Source of the DNA: Girardia tigrina | Taxonomy: Eukaryota | DNA: 56,892 nucleotides | Assembly (NCBI GenBank): GCA_001938485.1 | Contig: MQRK01214093.1 | Location: forward strand, 1-56,892 | Reading direction: 5' to 3' | Shown: positions 10,961 to 23,129 of the stretch, in pieces | How the letters are laid out: the number at the start of each line of letters is the position of its first letter | Position numbering within the stretch: the stretch's first letter is position 1 | Notes under the pieces: model-generated | Seen by the model: the letters and a program-made list of their open reading frames with translations, nothing else | The model's database searches: none | Told to the model about the DNA's origin: nothing | Made by a program: the position numbers and the translations under genes

Positions 10961-12293
10961 CAGGGGTAGCCATAAGTCGCTTTACCCAGTTTTAATAATA
11001 AGCACAAAATTCTAAATGATTTATAAACAAAAACCAGATAAAATTTTTTGTTTTAATAATTATTTATTTAAAAACTTTTAAAATTATTTCATTTTGTTCA
11101 TTGTTGTTGGCAATATTGGCATGGAACGACAATTAACACTTCAGCAACAAATTTTTATAGTAAAGCAGTTGATAAAGCATGATAGAAATTCAAGAGCTGT
11201 AGCTGCAGCATTTGCAAAAGAGTATCCTAATGACGCTCCTCCATCACGACAATCAATGCATGTTATAGCAAAGAAGTTTCACGAGACCGGCTCAGTAACC
11301 GACAAGAAAAGAAGTGGGCGCCCTAACAATATGAATACCGAGGAAAATAAAGAAAATGTTAGAACTTTCTATCAGAATGCGCCATCAACATCTGCAGTTC
11401 GTGCAAGTTTGCATTTGCATATGCCACGCACAAGTTTATGTAGAATAATTGAGGACATTGAGTTGAAAGTTTGGCGACCTCGGTTGCTCCATCAAATGAA
11501 TGATGACGATTATGACAGACGCATAGAATTTTGCGAATGGTTACAGCAACAACTCCATGAGAACATTGACATCAGGGACAGAATAATTTGGACCGACGAA
11601 GCTTCATTTAAGTTGAATGGTCACATTAATTTGCATAATGCCATGTACTACTCCACTGAGAATCCTCATCTGGTATGGGATACTAACAATCTTTCTCCAG
11701 AAATTTGTGTGTGTGGAGGAGTACGTTCAATTGGTGTGCTGGGTCCATACTTATTTGATAGAACGGTTAATTCTCAGCTATATATCGACATGCTGCGTCA
11801 TTTTGCCGTACCTCAGTTCGACGCAGATAACGACGTTTGGATGCAAGAAGGTGCTCCCCCTCATTATGGTAGAAATGTACGCGACTTTTTGGATAACACT
11901 TTTGAGATGTGGATCGGCAGGAGAGGAACCATGGAATGGCCTCCACAATCACCGGACCTGACACCCTGTGATTATTCAATGTGGGGTATCCTGAAGGAAC
12001 ACGTTTACTCACAAAATTTTCTAACCATATCCGAGTTGAAGGAAAGAATTACTACAAAAATTGCAGCCTTGAACAACGATAAAAATTTGTGCCTACGAAT
12101 CCGTTACTCTGTTCAGAGAAGAATCCAGTTGTGTATTAAATCTGAAGAACAAAGCTTTGAAGATAAGATTTTTTTGTTTTCAAGTTTTTGTTTTGAAATT
12201 ATTATTGTACGCTGATTAAATAAAAGTTCTATGATTTAAAATTTTGTGTTTATTATTATTAAAACTGGGTAAAGCGACTTATGTCCACCCCTG
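10961..12293 (+). mobile_element. Tc1/mariner rosa-like element, second copy at the same TA site
   Basis: TIRs at 10961 and ending at 12293, TA flanks, and the same flanking sequence as copy 1. Confidence 0.95.
11121..12215 (+). CDS. Tc1/mariner (rosa-like) transposase, probably inactive
   Basis: Same motifs as copy 1, about 22 aa differences, and the same D-to-E change. Confidence 0.9.
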   Translation: MERQLTLQQQIFIVKQLIKHDRNSRAVAAAFAKEYPNDAPPSRQSMHVIAKKFHETGSVTDKKRSGRPNNMNTEENKENVRTFYQNAPSTSAVRASLHLHMPRTSLCRIIEDIELKVWRPRLLHQMNDDDYDRRIEFCEWLQQQLHENIDIRDRIIWTDEASFKLNGHINLHNAMYYSTENPHLVWDTNNLSPEICVCGGVRSIGVLGPYLFDRTVNSQLYIDMLRHFAVPQFDADNDVWMQEGAPPHYGRNVRDFLDNTFEMWIGRRGTMEWPPQSPDLTPCDYSMWGILKEHVYSQNFLTISELKERITTKIAALNNDKNLCLRIRYSVQRRIQLCIKSEEQSFEDKIFLFSSFCFEIIIVR

Positions 12294-14760
12294 TATTCCC
12301 TACAATTTTAATTGCTTTTACTCATATCAAAATTGGGTATTTAAAAAAGTATTAAAAATTTATTTATTTAAACAATAATATTTTTCATCATTTTATGGTT
12401 GATAAAATTTTATTTATTAGAGATGGAAACTTGTTAGAAACGTTTTAAATCATTGACTTTTTGAATTTCTAAATTTTTGAATAACACTTTTTATAAATAT
12501 AAATCATAATTTTGCTGTGGACCTCCTTAATCACGTTGTGGATCCCTAGGGGTCAACCTGGACCCCGTTGGAAGCCCTGGTTTAAATAAATCTAAATGTA
12601 AAAAGTGTACACACACGAAATCAAAAATGTTGTAAATAGGTTGTAAATTGTTGTGAAATAAAATTTCGAGGAAAGCTTGTATTGAATTTTATAATCAAAG
12701 GTCGAATTTAAGTTCTAGGAATTTTAATGTGTTTCGTAAAAAAACCAATTTATTAAGGAAAATAATTCAAAATCTAGAATGGATGATTTTGGGTGGCAAC
12801 AACAGAAATCTCATAAACAAAGAAAATCGAACAGTGTTTCGGAAATTCGATCTCCTTTAATCACGACAGGTGATAATCAATCGGGAAGTAATTTTGTAAG
12901 GAATAGAAATTTCGATCTGTGAAACGGAATTTTGATGAAAGGAATTGATGTAATAAATTGATGAAATTTACGTTGGTGGGAGATATCAAACATATAAATA
13001 GTGACAAAATCAAATCGTTATCGGTTGTAATTGATGGACTGTTGCGTAAATTGTAGGATTGTTTGTTTTTTCCAGTTCCAATCAATATTTCTCCACATTG
13101 ACACCTACAATAACGGGGTTGAGCTTAAAAATGAGGCATTTTTCGCTGCGATTTTAACATTAGATGCCGACAGTTGTTATTGACTACGTTAACATTCTCG
13201 GTACGATCAGTTTTCCGGAAACATCCAATAGCCAACCCCGGGACTCCGCGACCACGCTGCTCCCGCTCGGGCGCCAACACTAATTGTCGATATTTTTATT
13301 GTTTTTATACGGTCAATTAGAGTTGTGAAATTTGACAAACTATAACATTGTTTAATAAACTGACAGAACTTAACGATCACATCCCATCGAACAAATAACA
13401 CATTTTCGCCATTCATTATCCGCTGTTCTCGAAGAAAGATTTCGATATTGAAGATAGACTATATGATTAGACATTATTTTCCTTTATTAAATCCAATTGA
13501 AGTTGCACCATCCTTTGTAACATTCTTTGTTGGTTTTATTGATTTTCCTTTTTAACCCTTTCCTGTCTGAATTAAGATGAATTAATGGAGTCCGTAAATC
13601 ACTTTCTGCAACTTTCAAATGATAAAAAACAAAAGAACAGTTTAAAAGACACGTTTTAAAATAATTTGTCTTTAAAACAGAAATCTTCCTATAAATAAAA
13701 TATAATTCATATTTTTTCAAAAGATGCCTATAAAGTATTAAAATGAAACATGATTCCACATGGTATCAATAGTCAGGAAAGGGTTAATCATACTTCCTGC
13801 TATTGTGATAAAATTATATTCCTTCGTTTTTCTCCTTCCGTTGTTTAATTAACGTTTATTCAATTATATCAAGAAGTTGAGTAGATGATATAGTTATTAA
13901 TATATATTATTTGATATTCTAAAATATTGATTTTAATAAAAGTGAATCCGCAAATAATTGAATATATAGTTTATTACTCTCTCGTCCGCCGTCAGAAAAA
14001 AAGTAAAAAAGGAACAATCGAGAAATATCAATCAGCAATTCCTCGAAAAAAACAAAACTCTGGTAATAATCACATAAACCAGAATTCGATTGAAATTCAA
14101 AACGAGTTTCCACAAAATCACTGGTATACGAACACTCGGAAAAACAAATCGATTTCACTTCATAAAAATTTGACTGATCATAACTCTGAATTGAAATTTT
14201 GATCAACATTCAAAATTTCTCAAATCATCAAAAATGTGCAGCTAATCAGATCGGCCGAATCTTTACACACCATACGCACTTTCCCACGATCGAATCGAAC
14301 AAATATGTTCAAACAAAGAGTCACATGACTCTAATAAACAACAAACTGAATTATTTTTAAACTGAATTAAATTCATTAAAAAATAAATTATTTCTCAATT
14401 ATTTTTTTTGTTTTACATTATTTAATTGATTTATTTTTTAAAATTTTATTTATATATACATATATGTAAATAAATTATGTGACAACAAAAATAAATAAAA
14501 ATTATCAAAGATTGTCATTCAAATTATTTCGGTCTCTTCGAAGTAAGAGAGAGATGAAGGATTCAATTAATATAAATTACGATAAATATAATGTATATAA
14601 TGATAAATGTGATTCCAAACACCATGCTTCAATGTCCTAATCTAATCATTATCATGCTTAAATCTAATCATTAAAATATTTTAATTTTTTTCTATTATAA
14701 TTTTAAATAATAATTTTAAAAAGCCTGAAAATTACGTGATGTTGTGTAGTATTCTGTCGT

Positions 14761-14886
14761 TATATATATATATATATATATNNNNNNNNNNNNNNNNNNN
14801 NNNNNNNNNNNNNNNNNNNNNNNNNNNNNNNNNNNNNNNNNNNNNNNNNNNNNNNNNNNNNNNNNNNNNNNNNNNNTATACATATA
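14761..14886. repeat. (TA)n microsatellite spanning an assembly gap
   Basis: TA runs on both sides of the N stretch. Confidence 0.8.
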
Positions 14887-15381
14887 TGACTTGAATTTTC
14901 AATTAGTAAAGTGACGATGCCAAAACTGGCCAAATATGTATTGAGAAATAAATATTTAAACAAATGTTTTTTTTTATGTTTCATATATTTCTCTAGAATG
15001 ATGTACGATACCGAAAGTTTTGTTAATGATTGTTTGAGGACATTTCAACTTATAATATTAGTAAAAATATCGAAAAAATTAATTTTCATGATATATTATT
15101 TATGTTAAAGAAAACTATTTACACAATGATTAAAAAGGGACAATCACAAAATTATTTATTAACGAGTTTGTTTAATGAAATTACAAAGTTTTGAAGATAC
15201 AAACATCTATTGAAAATCAAAATATATTTGAAAAACATTTTTCATTGAGGACATGTTAGTAGAAAAACTTTTTACGAGCTTCTTCGATAGACTATTATAA
15301 AAGACGATGTTGCTGAAAATTTTTCTTTATAATGTTATTATGCTCCTCATGTATTTGGTGATCTGGTTTCACGAATGTGCT

Positions 15382-16557
15382 TCATGAACCTTTATTAAAC
15401 TTTTTAATAAGATTAGAGACACTGTCTCTCTCTTCGTTTACGAGAGAAGAATATTGATTGTGAGAAACTGTTGATCCAGTTAACTTAGTACAATATGATT
15501 CGCTTGTAAAATGAGATGCTTCATTAGTAAATGATTCAGATTGTGGTTTTCTAATAGTTTTATGACTATAAAATTCATTAAGCTTTTTAATAATATTAGA
15601 GACATTGTTTCTCTCTTCGTTTGCAACAGAAGAATATTGATTGTTAGAAACTGTTGATTCAGTTAAGTTAGTATAATGTGATTCACTTTTGAAATGAGAT
15701 GAATTATTTTTAAATGATTTGGATATTGGTTTTCTAATAGGTTTATAACGATAAAATTCATTAAATTTTTTAATATTATTAGAGACATTGTTTCTCTCTT
15801 CGTTTGCGACAGAAGAATATTGATTGTTAGAAACTGCTGATTCAGTTAAGTTAGTATAATGTGATTCACTTTTGAAATGAGATGATTTATTTTTAAATGA
15901 TTTGGATATTGGTTTTCTAATAGGTTTATAACGATAAAATTCATTAAATTTTTTAATAATATTAGAGACATTGTTTCTCTCTTCGTTTGCAACAGAAGAA
16001 TATTGATTGTTAGAAACTGCTGATTCAGTTAAGTTAGTATAATGTGATTCACTTTTGAAATGACATGCTTCATCAGTAAATGATTCGGATTGTGGTTTTC
16101 TAATAGTTTTATAACTATAAAATTCATTAAGCTTTTTAATAAGATTAGAGACACTGTCTCTCTCTTCGTTTAAGAGAGAAGAATATTGATCTTGAGAAAC
16201 TGTTGATCCAGTTAAGTTAGTACAATATGATTCGCTTGTGAAATGAGATGCTTCATTAGTAAATGATTCGGATTGTGGTTTTCTAATAGTTTTATAACTA
16301 TAAAATTCATTAAGCTTTTTAATAAGATTAGAGACACTGTCTCTCTCTTCGTTTAAGAGAGAAGAATATTGATCTTGAGAAACTGTTGATCCAGTTAAGT
16401 TAGTACAATATGATTCGCTTGTGAAATGAGATGCTTCATTAGTAAATGATTCGGATTGTTGTTTTCTAATAGGTTTATAACGATAAAATTCATTAAATTT
16501 TTCAATAAGATTAGAGACACTTTCTATCTCTTTGTTAACATCAGGAACTTGTTGCAT
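15382..16557 (-). CDS. Orphan 61-aa-repeat protein, copy 2 (about 6.3 repeats, premature stop relative to copy 3)
   Basis: MQQVPDVN ATG at 16557 (the ORF is open further upstream). 183-bp tandem units with no frameshift. An in-frame fossil family tail (..QQHRLL**SIEEARKKFFY*) lies downstream. Confidence 0.65.
   Translation of the reverse strand: MQQVPDVNKEIESVSNLIEKFNEFYRYKPIRKQQSESFTNEASHFTSESYCTNLTGSTVSQDQYSSLLNEERDSVSNLIKKLNEFYSYKTIRKPQSESFTNEASHFTSESYCTNLTGSTVSQDQYSSLLNEERDSVSNLIKKLNEFYSYKTIRKPQSESFTDEACHFKSESHYTNLTESAVSNNQYSSVANEERNNVSNIIKKFNEFYRYKPIRKPISKSFKNKSSHFKSESHYTNLTESAVSNNQYSSVANEERNNVSNNIKKFNEFYRYKPIRKPISKSFKNNSSHFKSESHYTNLTESTVSNNQYSSVANEERNNVSNIIKKLNEFYSHKTIRKPQSESFTNEASHFTSESYCTKLTGSTVSHNQYSSLVNEERDSVSNLIKKFNKGS
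15392..16537 (-). repeat. 183-bp coding tandem repeat, about 6.3 units
   Basis: tctctcttcgtt recurs about every 183 bp. The translated unit NEERDSVSNLIKK...QYSSLL is 61 aa. Confidence 0.95.
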
Positions 16558-18467
16558 TTTTAAATAGTAATTGTTAGATACGTGATTGTTGGGTTCTTGA
16601 TCACAATTGTAATTCATTAATACCAAATTTTATTTATAATACAAATAACAATTATTTAAACAATTTTTCGTCGAGGAACTTTTCTTTTTTTTCTTTTGAT
16701 CAATTTCCTTATACACAAAAATATGGGATTATAAATAATGATAAGCTATTTATTGAAAACGTTATTATAAAAATTGAATTTATATTTTTTATTCCATTAA
16801 TTTTATAGATTAACATTCTTTTATTTTATAAAATATATTTTAAAAGAAAATATAAAATCAACATAATTTATTTAACTAAATTAACAAAAAAAATTATTTA
16901 TTTATTATGTCAACGTTTTATTTATTATCAATATTTCAATTTAAAAACATTATATTGCCTAAAGTTATTTAATTGAGTTATTCGTTTTACTTTTTTACAT
17001 GTTTAAATAAACTTAACAAAAGATATTTATCATTTTAAGCTTATTTTAATGTTTATGCTTAATTTTTTAATTAAAAAATCCATTAGTATCTATACAATTT
17101 GAATACAAAACATAATTTACAATATTTAAATTTATTGTTATATTATAACGATTCAATTATTATAAAATTTTTAATGGTTGCTTTTATTTTTTAACAAAAA
17201 CTGTTTAAAACTAATTATCATCAAATATTTAATTTGCAGAATTTCAAACTGACTTTAAGATTTAAAATTATCTGTTTTTTAAAATTACATTTCTATAATT
17301 ACATTTCATTATAATTACAAATCTTAATTCGAATGAAAACTGCTGCTTTGTTTTTTCTGAATTATTTTGCATTTTTGTTTCGATTTATAAATATGTAAAT
17401 ATTAAAAAAAAATAAATAATTATAAAAGAATTAAAAAAGTAAATTTAAAATAATAATTGAAATTCTTTCAATAATTAATTATTTTTATTAAAAGTTTTTA
17501 AAATTACCTAACAACTGAATTACCATTAAAATCAAGAAATAATTTACAATTTTCTTAAGTGATTACATAATCATTCATTTCTTAAATAAAAGCAATAAAA
17601 AAGAACATAATCAGTTGTCTGATGATAACATATAAACCATCGAAATATATTATCATAAAATATATTTTTTAATGTCGTTTATTTGTTTTCAATAAAACAT
17701 TACCATCTATTTTCAAGTTTATTTGTAATATAAAAAGAGAAAGTTCTCATCACCAATCAAAAGATTACCGTGAAACGCTAATTAATTATTATTGTTTGTA
17801 TTATTTATTACTTTTTAGTCATAGAGTAAACGTGTAAAAAATTTTTTATTAAATAATTAAAATACAATTATTTCAACATGTATTTCAAAGAATAACAATT
17901 TTATTTTAAATTCGTAAATTTTTTTTCAAAAATTAACAATTGTACTTCCAATTACATACTTAACAATTGCACGCAAAACTTTTTTCTTATCATTGATAAT
18001 GTTTTAAAAATAATATTTTTATTTATCCATTTATTTCAATAATATTAAAACTAGGCATTAAAATCAGTAGTTAAAATTTTCAAATGAAAATATTGTATTT
18101 TTCATGATTAAAACGATTTAATAATAATTATAAAAGATGAGATTAATTTGTTATTGATCCATATTGATTATATTTAAAAAAATCATTGAACTTTCTTTTG
18201 AATCATTTTTATCTCGTAACAACATTTTAATGAACTAAACACCTTTAACCAGCTTTAAGAACCTCTGATTTATTAGGATATATGCGGGTAAAAAATTAGA
18301 TATAACAAATATATCATAGATAGTTATTATGCGACTATTTCAAGATTTGCACGAAATGAAATCCCGTAAATCATTTTTAATAGTCATCTGTGAGTAATAC
18401 ACAAAAAAACTTTTATTGGTTTCGATAACAGAATGTTTTATTTCTACTTAATCAAAGTGTTTCACTT

Positions 18468-18716
18468 AGTGTTATTCCTAAGTAGAAAGCTATTGATACA
18501 AAATATAAAACTTTTGATCATAAAATATCTAACTTTACTATAAATACTTGATAAAATATTTATATGAATACAAATATCAGTATAAATCTTGATATTTAGA
18601 GTAAAAAGTTAGATAATTATAATGAAAAGTTTTACATTTTGTTATCAAATAGTTATATTTTGGAATCAAAAATTTTATGTTTTGTTATCAAAAGTTTTAT
18701 ATTTCAGAATAACAGT
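18468..18716. mobile_element. Small foldback/MITE-like element with degenerate internal repeats
   Basis: Ends tagtgttattc / gaataacagta, with inverted arrays of aaaagttttatatttt-like units. Confidence 0.35.
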
Positions 18717-19751
18717 ATAATTAAATTCTTGAATTTGGATTCGTTTCATAATTTCAAATAAATGATATGAATTTAGTCAACAATTATTTTGCACAACAAA
18801 AAAATTAATCTAATAATAGCACGGTAATTAAAAAAATAATTAATAAATATATTCATCAATAAATTAAAATTTTAAAGTATATTTACATTAAGATGATGTA
18901 ATTTACATATTATAAAAAAATGTTTATAACATTATATTATCATATAAAAATTTGGAATAAAACCTTAGAAACTATTGAAAAATCATAAAAAATAAAGATA
19001 TTATTTTTAGAAGAAAACCTCATTTAAAATAATTTTATTTAATTTAATTATCATTAAAATAAATTTTCTGAATACGAAAAAAATATTTTCTAAAATTACA
19101 AAACTTTACTATTTTATTATTAATTTCAAAGAAAAAAAATTTAAATCATTTCAATATTACATCAATTTTTACAATTTTGTACTAAAAGTTATTTTGAAAT
19201 ATCGAGATGAAATAAAACCAAGCCGGTAATCTTTATTATTTAAATTCTGGTTATTTACACACTTCGGTAAAACAACTATTAATTCATTTCACAATTGTAT
19301 CATAATAAGAAACTTTCTACACCCAGGATTACGTTGTATTGCTCCTTATCAGAGTTTCTAGCATGTGTCTGCCTCTCAACTGCTTCACTTCTTGTAAGTC
19401 GTGTGCGACGATTTTGGCAAGTTGCTTCATCATTAGTGAATAAGATCTCACTGCACTTCTCATGTAAAAGATGAATGCCTTACATGTAAACTTAAGATAG
19501 ATGAAAACACTTACATGTAATCAAAAGGTCAAATCCTAAAAGAAATTCTATTAAAATATTATGTTCATAAATCAAATTGTTTTTTTTTCATTTTAAATTG
19601 GAATTTTTTATTTGAAAATGTATTTTTCTCATTTTAAATTGAGTTTTTTATTTCTAAATCAACTTTTTATATAAAATTAATAAGTTTTATTTTCTTTATT
19701 TTTATAATTTTAAGGTATTTAAAATCTGAATTTTAAATGAAAATTTTCATT

Positions 19752-19909
19752 TTAAATAAAAAAATATCTATTTAAAATGAAATATAACATAATACTACAT
19801 ACAGCGAAGTGTACATAACGTTTAAAATATTAAATAAAAAAATATCTATTTAAAATGAAATATAACATAATACTACATACAGCGAAGTGTACATAACGTT
19901 TAAAATATT
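19752..19909. repeat. Perfect 78-bp tandem duplication
   Basis: Two adjacent identical units containing acagcgaagtgtacataacg. Confidence 0.9.
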
Positions 19910-20828
19910 CCTCATAACAACTTATTTTAAATTTATTGTATTTTACAATAATAAATTTTGTAATAATTAATTTCGGTCTTTTGGATTCGGTCATGTTACG
20001 CAAACCCGTTTTTAGATTCATCTTTATAACTGAAACTTAAGGCACAAATTTAACTGAAAATAAAATCAAAAAGTACCTGTGAAATTTAAAATGTAAAATT
20101 AAATTTAAAATAAAACAATTATGAAATATAATTGTTATTCTTTAAAATATAATTTTTATTTTTTGAAATACAATTTACAAATTTGAAATTTAATTGTTAT
20201 TCTTTGAAATACAAATTGAAATGGTGTATAAAATTTAACTACAAATAATCAAATCACAATATTTAAATTTATATTATTTTTCTACAAATTTATAATTCAC
20301 AATATCTCAAATTTATTCACCTTTAAACTATTATTATCGTACTGATTTTACCAATCTATTTTTGTAAAATGTTTTAATGAATGTTAATATAAATTTAAAC
20401 TTCCTGGATTTTTTTCATTTGGATCTAATTCCTAAACTTGAAATAAATACTTTTGAATTATTTAACTTTAAACTTCGAAATTTTTAACAGTTATTTTATA
20501 TAGAACTTATTCTGATAACCATAATTCCAATTAATTTAAGTTTTATACTATTCCAAAATAATACTTTAATCTTATTTTTAAACCATTTTAATTTTAAAAC
20601 TCTGAAATTTGTATTATTCTTTTTAAAAATAATATTTAGTTTCCCAAATAATTTTTTTTACATTAATTCCTAAAATCATTTAATTGTACTTAGTATTATT
20701 TTATATTTATGGTGCTCGAAAATTGTAAAAATTGTAAATAAAAAACTGACGATTGTTTTAATATTTCTGTTGATAGTAGTAAAGCATGTTCGCGAGGCTG
20801 CGGCGCAAAAAATGTAATGCCTCTAGAT

Positions 20829-20900
20829 CAGTGTTTCTCAAATGCAGGGTCGCGAATTAAAAGTGGGTAACCATCATGTTTTGGTTGGGTCGCGTAAATA
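20829..20900 (+). mobile_element. hAT (Charlie/Buster-type) terminus
   Basis: CAGTGTTTCTCAAA..GGGTCGCG preceded by cTCTAGAt, the nTCTAGAn target typical of Charlie elements. Other end not found. Confidence 0.55.
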
Positions 20901-21399
20901 TTTTTTGTACATTTGTTTTATAAAATTAAGATATTTTACAGAAATAAACATTTATTTAATAAAATCAAAAATTTGGTTTTGAAATTATATATTTACTTAC
21001 ATTACTTTACACACATATTATTTTCATTCTTTTTTCTGTCGCGTTCCCTTCTCTTATCAACATTTTTGAGAACTCTAAGGCCCCAGTCGCTTTTTGAGAG
21101 GAACGACAACTCATTAAATATTCTCGAACTATTAACTTATATTCTTGAATTGTTGGGTGAACGGACAAGCCTCTTTCATGCACATCTGCGGACATGCATA
21201 TCGGGTTAAAATCCGTGATGAATATGGCTCAACCGGTAGCTACAGCGTTCGCAGGGATGGATGAATAAACGACTTGGTTATATTTATACGAGTATTTACA
21301 TATATCTATATACTTTGAGCGAAGGGAGCCTTGAAGAAGTAGACGACTACCATCCAGAGTGTTCGCCGGGGACGGCCAGCATCACCTATAAAAGGTTCT

Positions 21400-22920
21400 T
21401 TGACTTGTAAATTTGATTTTATTTACATTGACTTTATGTTAGGGGAAGTTGATACGAGATTACAGGAAGGTGTCGAGAGTGAATAAAAACTCGATAGATA
21501 ATTCCGGAGTATAATTTTTATAGAAAAAAATTAAAGAAAAGTTTTATCAAAGATAAGGTTTTAAATATTTATTCTATTTCAAAAAAAGTATAAAAAATCG
21601 TCAGTTAAAACAACTGAATTTTTTTTGTAAATAAATAATATAGTAATTTTAAACATATATATGGATATTTATAATTACTAATATTGTTTTTAATTATGTT
21701 TTTTTAATTAAATTAAATCAAGTTTTTTTGATTGAATTTAATCGTTTATTGTTTTTTTATTATCAAAGTGGTCACTACATCAGCCCTCAACGAACGATGC
21801 GGAACATGATGGAAAGTAGGCAGATCAATAATTTGTGAGAGCTATGTGAGAATCATTATACTGGACCCATGGTGAAAAGGAGACTGAGTTTTATTCTGAG
21901 GGATGATACTGAGGGGTCAGCTGCTATATCTTCGATTTGAATATATGGTTTAAGTTTACTGATATTGTCAGTCTGGTCAGTGCCCTGAAAGTTTATGGTA
22001 GCTGTTTTGTTCTCTGTTGAGAGTTTGAGAAGCCGATCAGGTCCGGTATAGCGGTCTTAAAGTGAAGATGGTGGACTCTCGTTGTAACCAAACGAATTTT
22101 TCTGTGACAAATTCCTTTGGAACAAAACTTTTGTCAGTTCCGGTATGTCTAGGTAATCTGTCTGCTTGTATTAAGTGTTCTTGCGCTGAAGAAAGAAGTT
22201 TATCATCCTTTGGGGCTTCGATGAAGAATAGTTCGTTGATGAAGGAAGTGTTGGATCCAAAGAGTGGTTGCGCCGGTGAGGTCCCATGACAACTGTTCTA
22301 GATGTTCATCCAACCAAGTAGAATGTATGGCAATTGTTTGGACAAATCGCTGTTCGCGGCTAATGCGCGAAGAGAATTCTTCAACGTTCTGTGAAAACGC
22401 TGCACGAGTCCGTTAGCCTGTGGTTGGAATGCGGTAGTCCTGATTTTCTGTATTCCCAGGTGTTTTGTTAGGCTTTTGAAAAGATCCGATTCGAACTGGC
22501 AACCTTGATCGGTTATTATCCGCTTTGGGATGCCAAATCTTGCAAACAATGATTGACGAAGTGATCGACTATGGTTTCCGTCATGATAGCTTCTGGCCAG
22601 CGTGTGTTGCGGTCGAAGATAGTGAGGATATAGTTGAAACCATTAGAGTTTGGAAGAGAGCTCATGATGTACATGTGGACTGTGTCGAATCGACTACCTG
22701 TTACGAACGACAAGACAGGGAGTTTAGTGTGTCGGGTGACCTTGCTCTTTTGACAAGAAAAGCAAGTGCGACACCATATCTTGATATCTCGGTGCATGAA
22801 GGGCTATATGACTTTGGTGCGGAGTAGCTCGTATTTAGCCTTCGAACCAGGATGGGTAGTGTTATGGAACGCTTGTGCTAGTAAGTCATGAGAGAGCACT
22901 GGATGTGGACATTCCAGGAG
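21400..22920 (-). mobile_element. Ty3/gypsy (CsRN1-like) integrase remnant and 3' LTR start
   Basis: WCRTCFSCQKSKVTRH, RFGIPKRIITDQGCQFES and TTAFQPQANGLVQRFHR motifs. LTR-like tgtagtgacc begins at 21779 on the minus strand. The left limit is uncertain. Confidence 0.8.
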
Positions 22921-23129
22921 TAATGTAATTTTTGGGGTATTTAATAAATCCTTTAAAAAATCTGTTAAAAATCAATTGATTTTAGACCTTCTTTAGAAAA
23001 TATTCAAAATCCATTAAATATTGGAAAATATTCAAAAATTCATTAAAATAATTGATTTTTGATTAAAATTTTCAAATTTATATTATTAATAAAAATTAAA
23101 ATAAAATATATTGAGATGCCAATTCATTT

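Larger units (their letters stand above)
10205..14644. repeat. Right outer arm of the inverted duplication (with an extra 1.69-kb segment, 12821-14510)
   Basis: Reverse complement of 2221-4985. The match breaks after 12820 and resumes at 14511. Confidence 0.93.

Noticed and set aside
2881-12293. Tn10-like composite transposon bounded by two inverted Tc1 copies
   Set aside because: The inverted homology extends well beyond both Tc1 ends, so the copies came from segmental duplication. There is no evidence that the unit moved.
13258-13276. tRNA-Lys PBS-like TGGCGCCCGA on the minus strand
   Set aside because: Only 10 nt match, with no adjacent LTR end or gag.
15256-15384. Stop-codon reassignment or read-through explaining the in-frame tail
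   Set aside because: All three stop types occur, and the long ORFs elsewhere read normally in the standard code. Decay is the simpler explanation.
15392-16537. CRISPR-like array
   Set aside because: The units are contiguous 183-bp coding repeats with no unique spacers, in a eukaryotic context with no cas genes.
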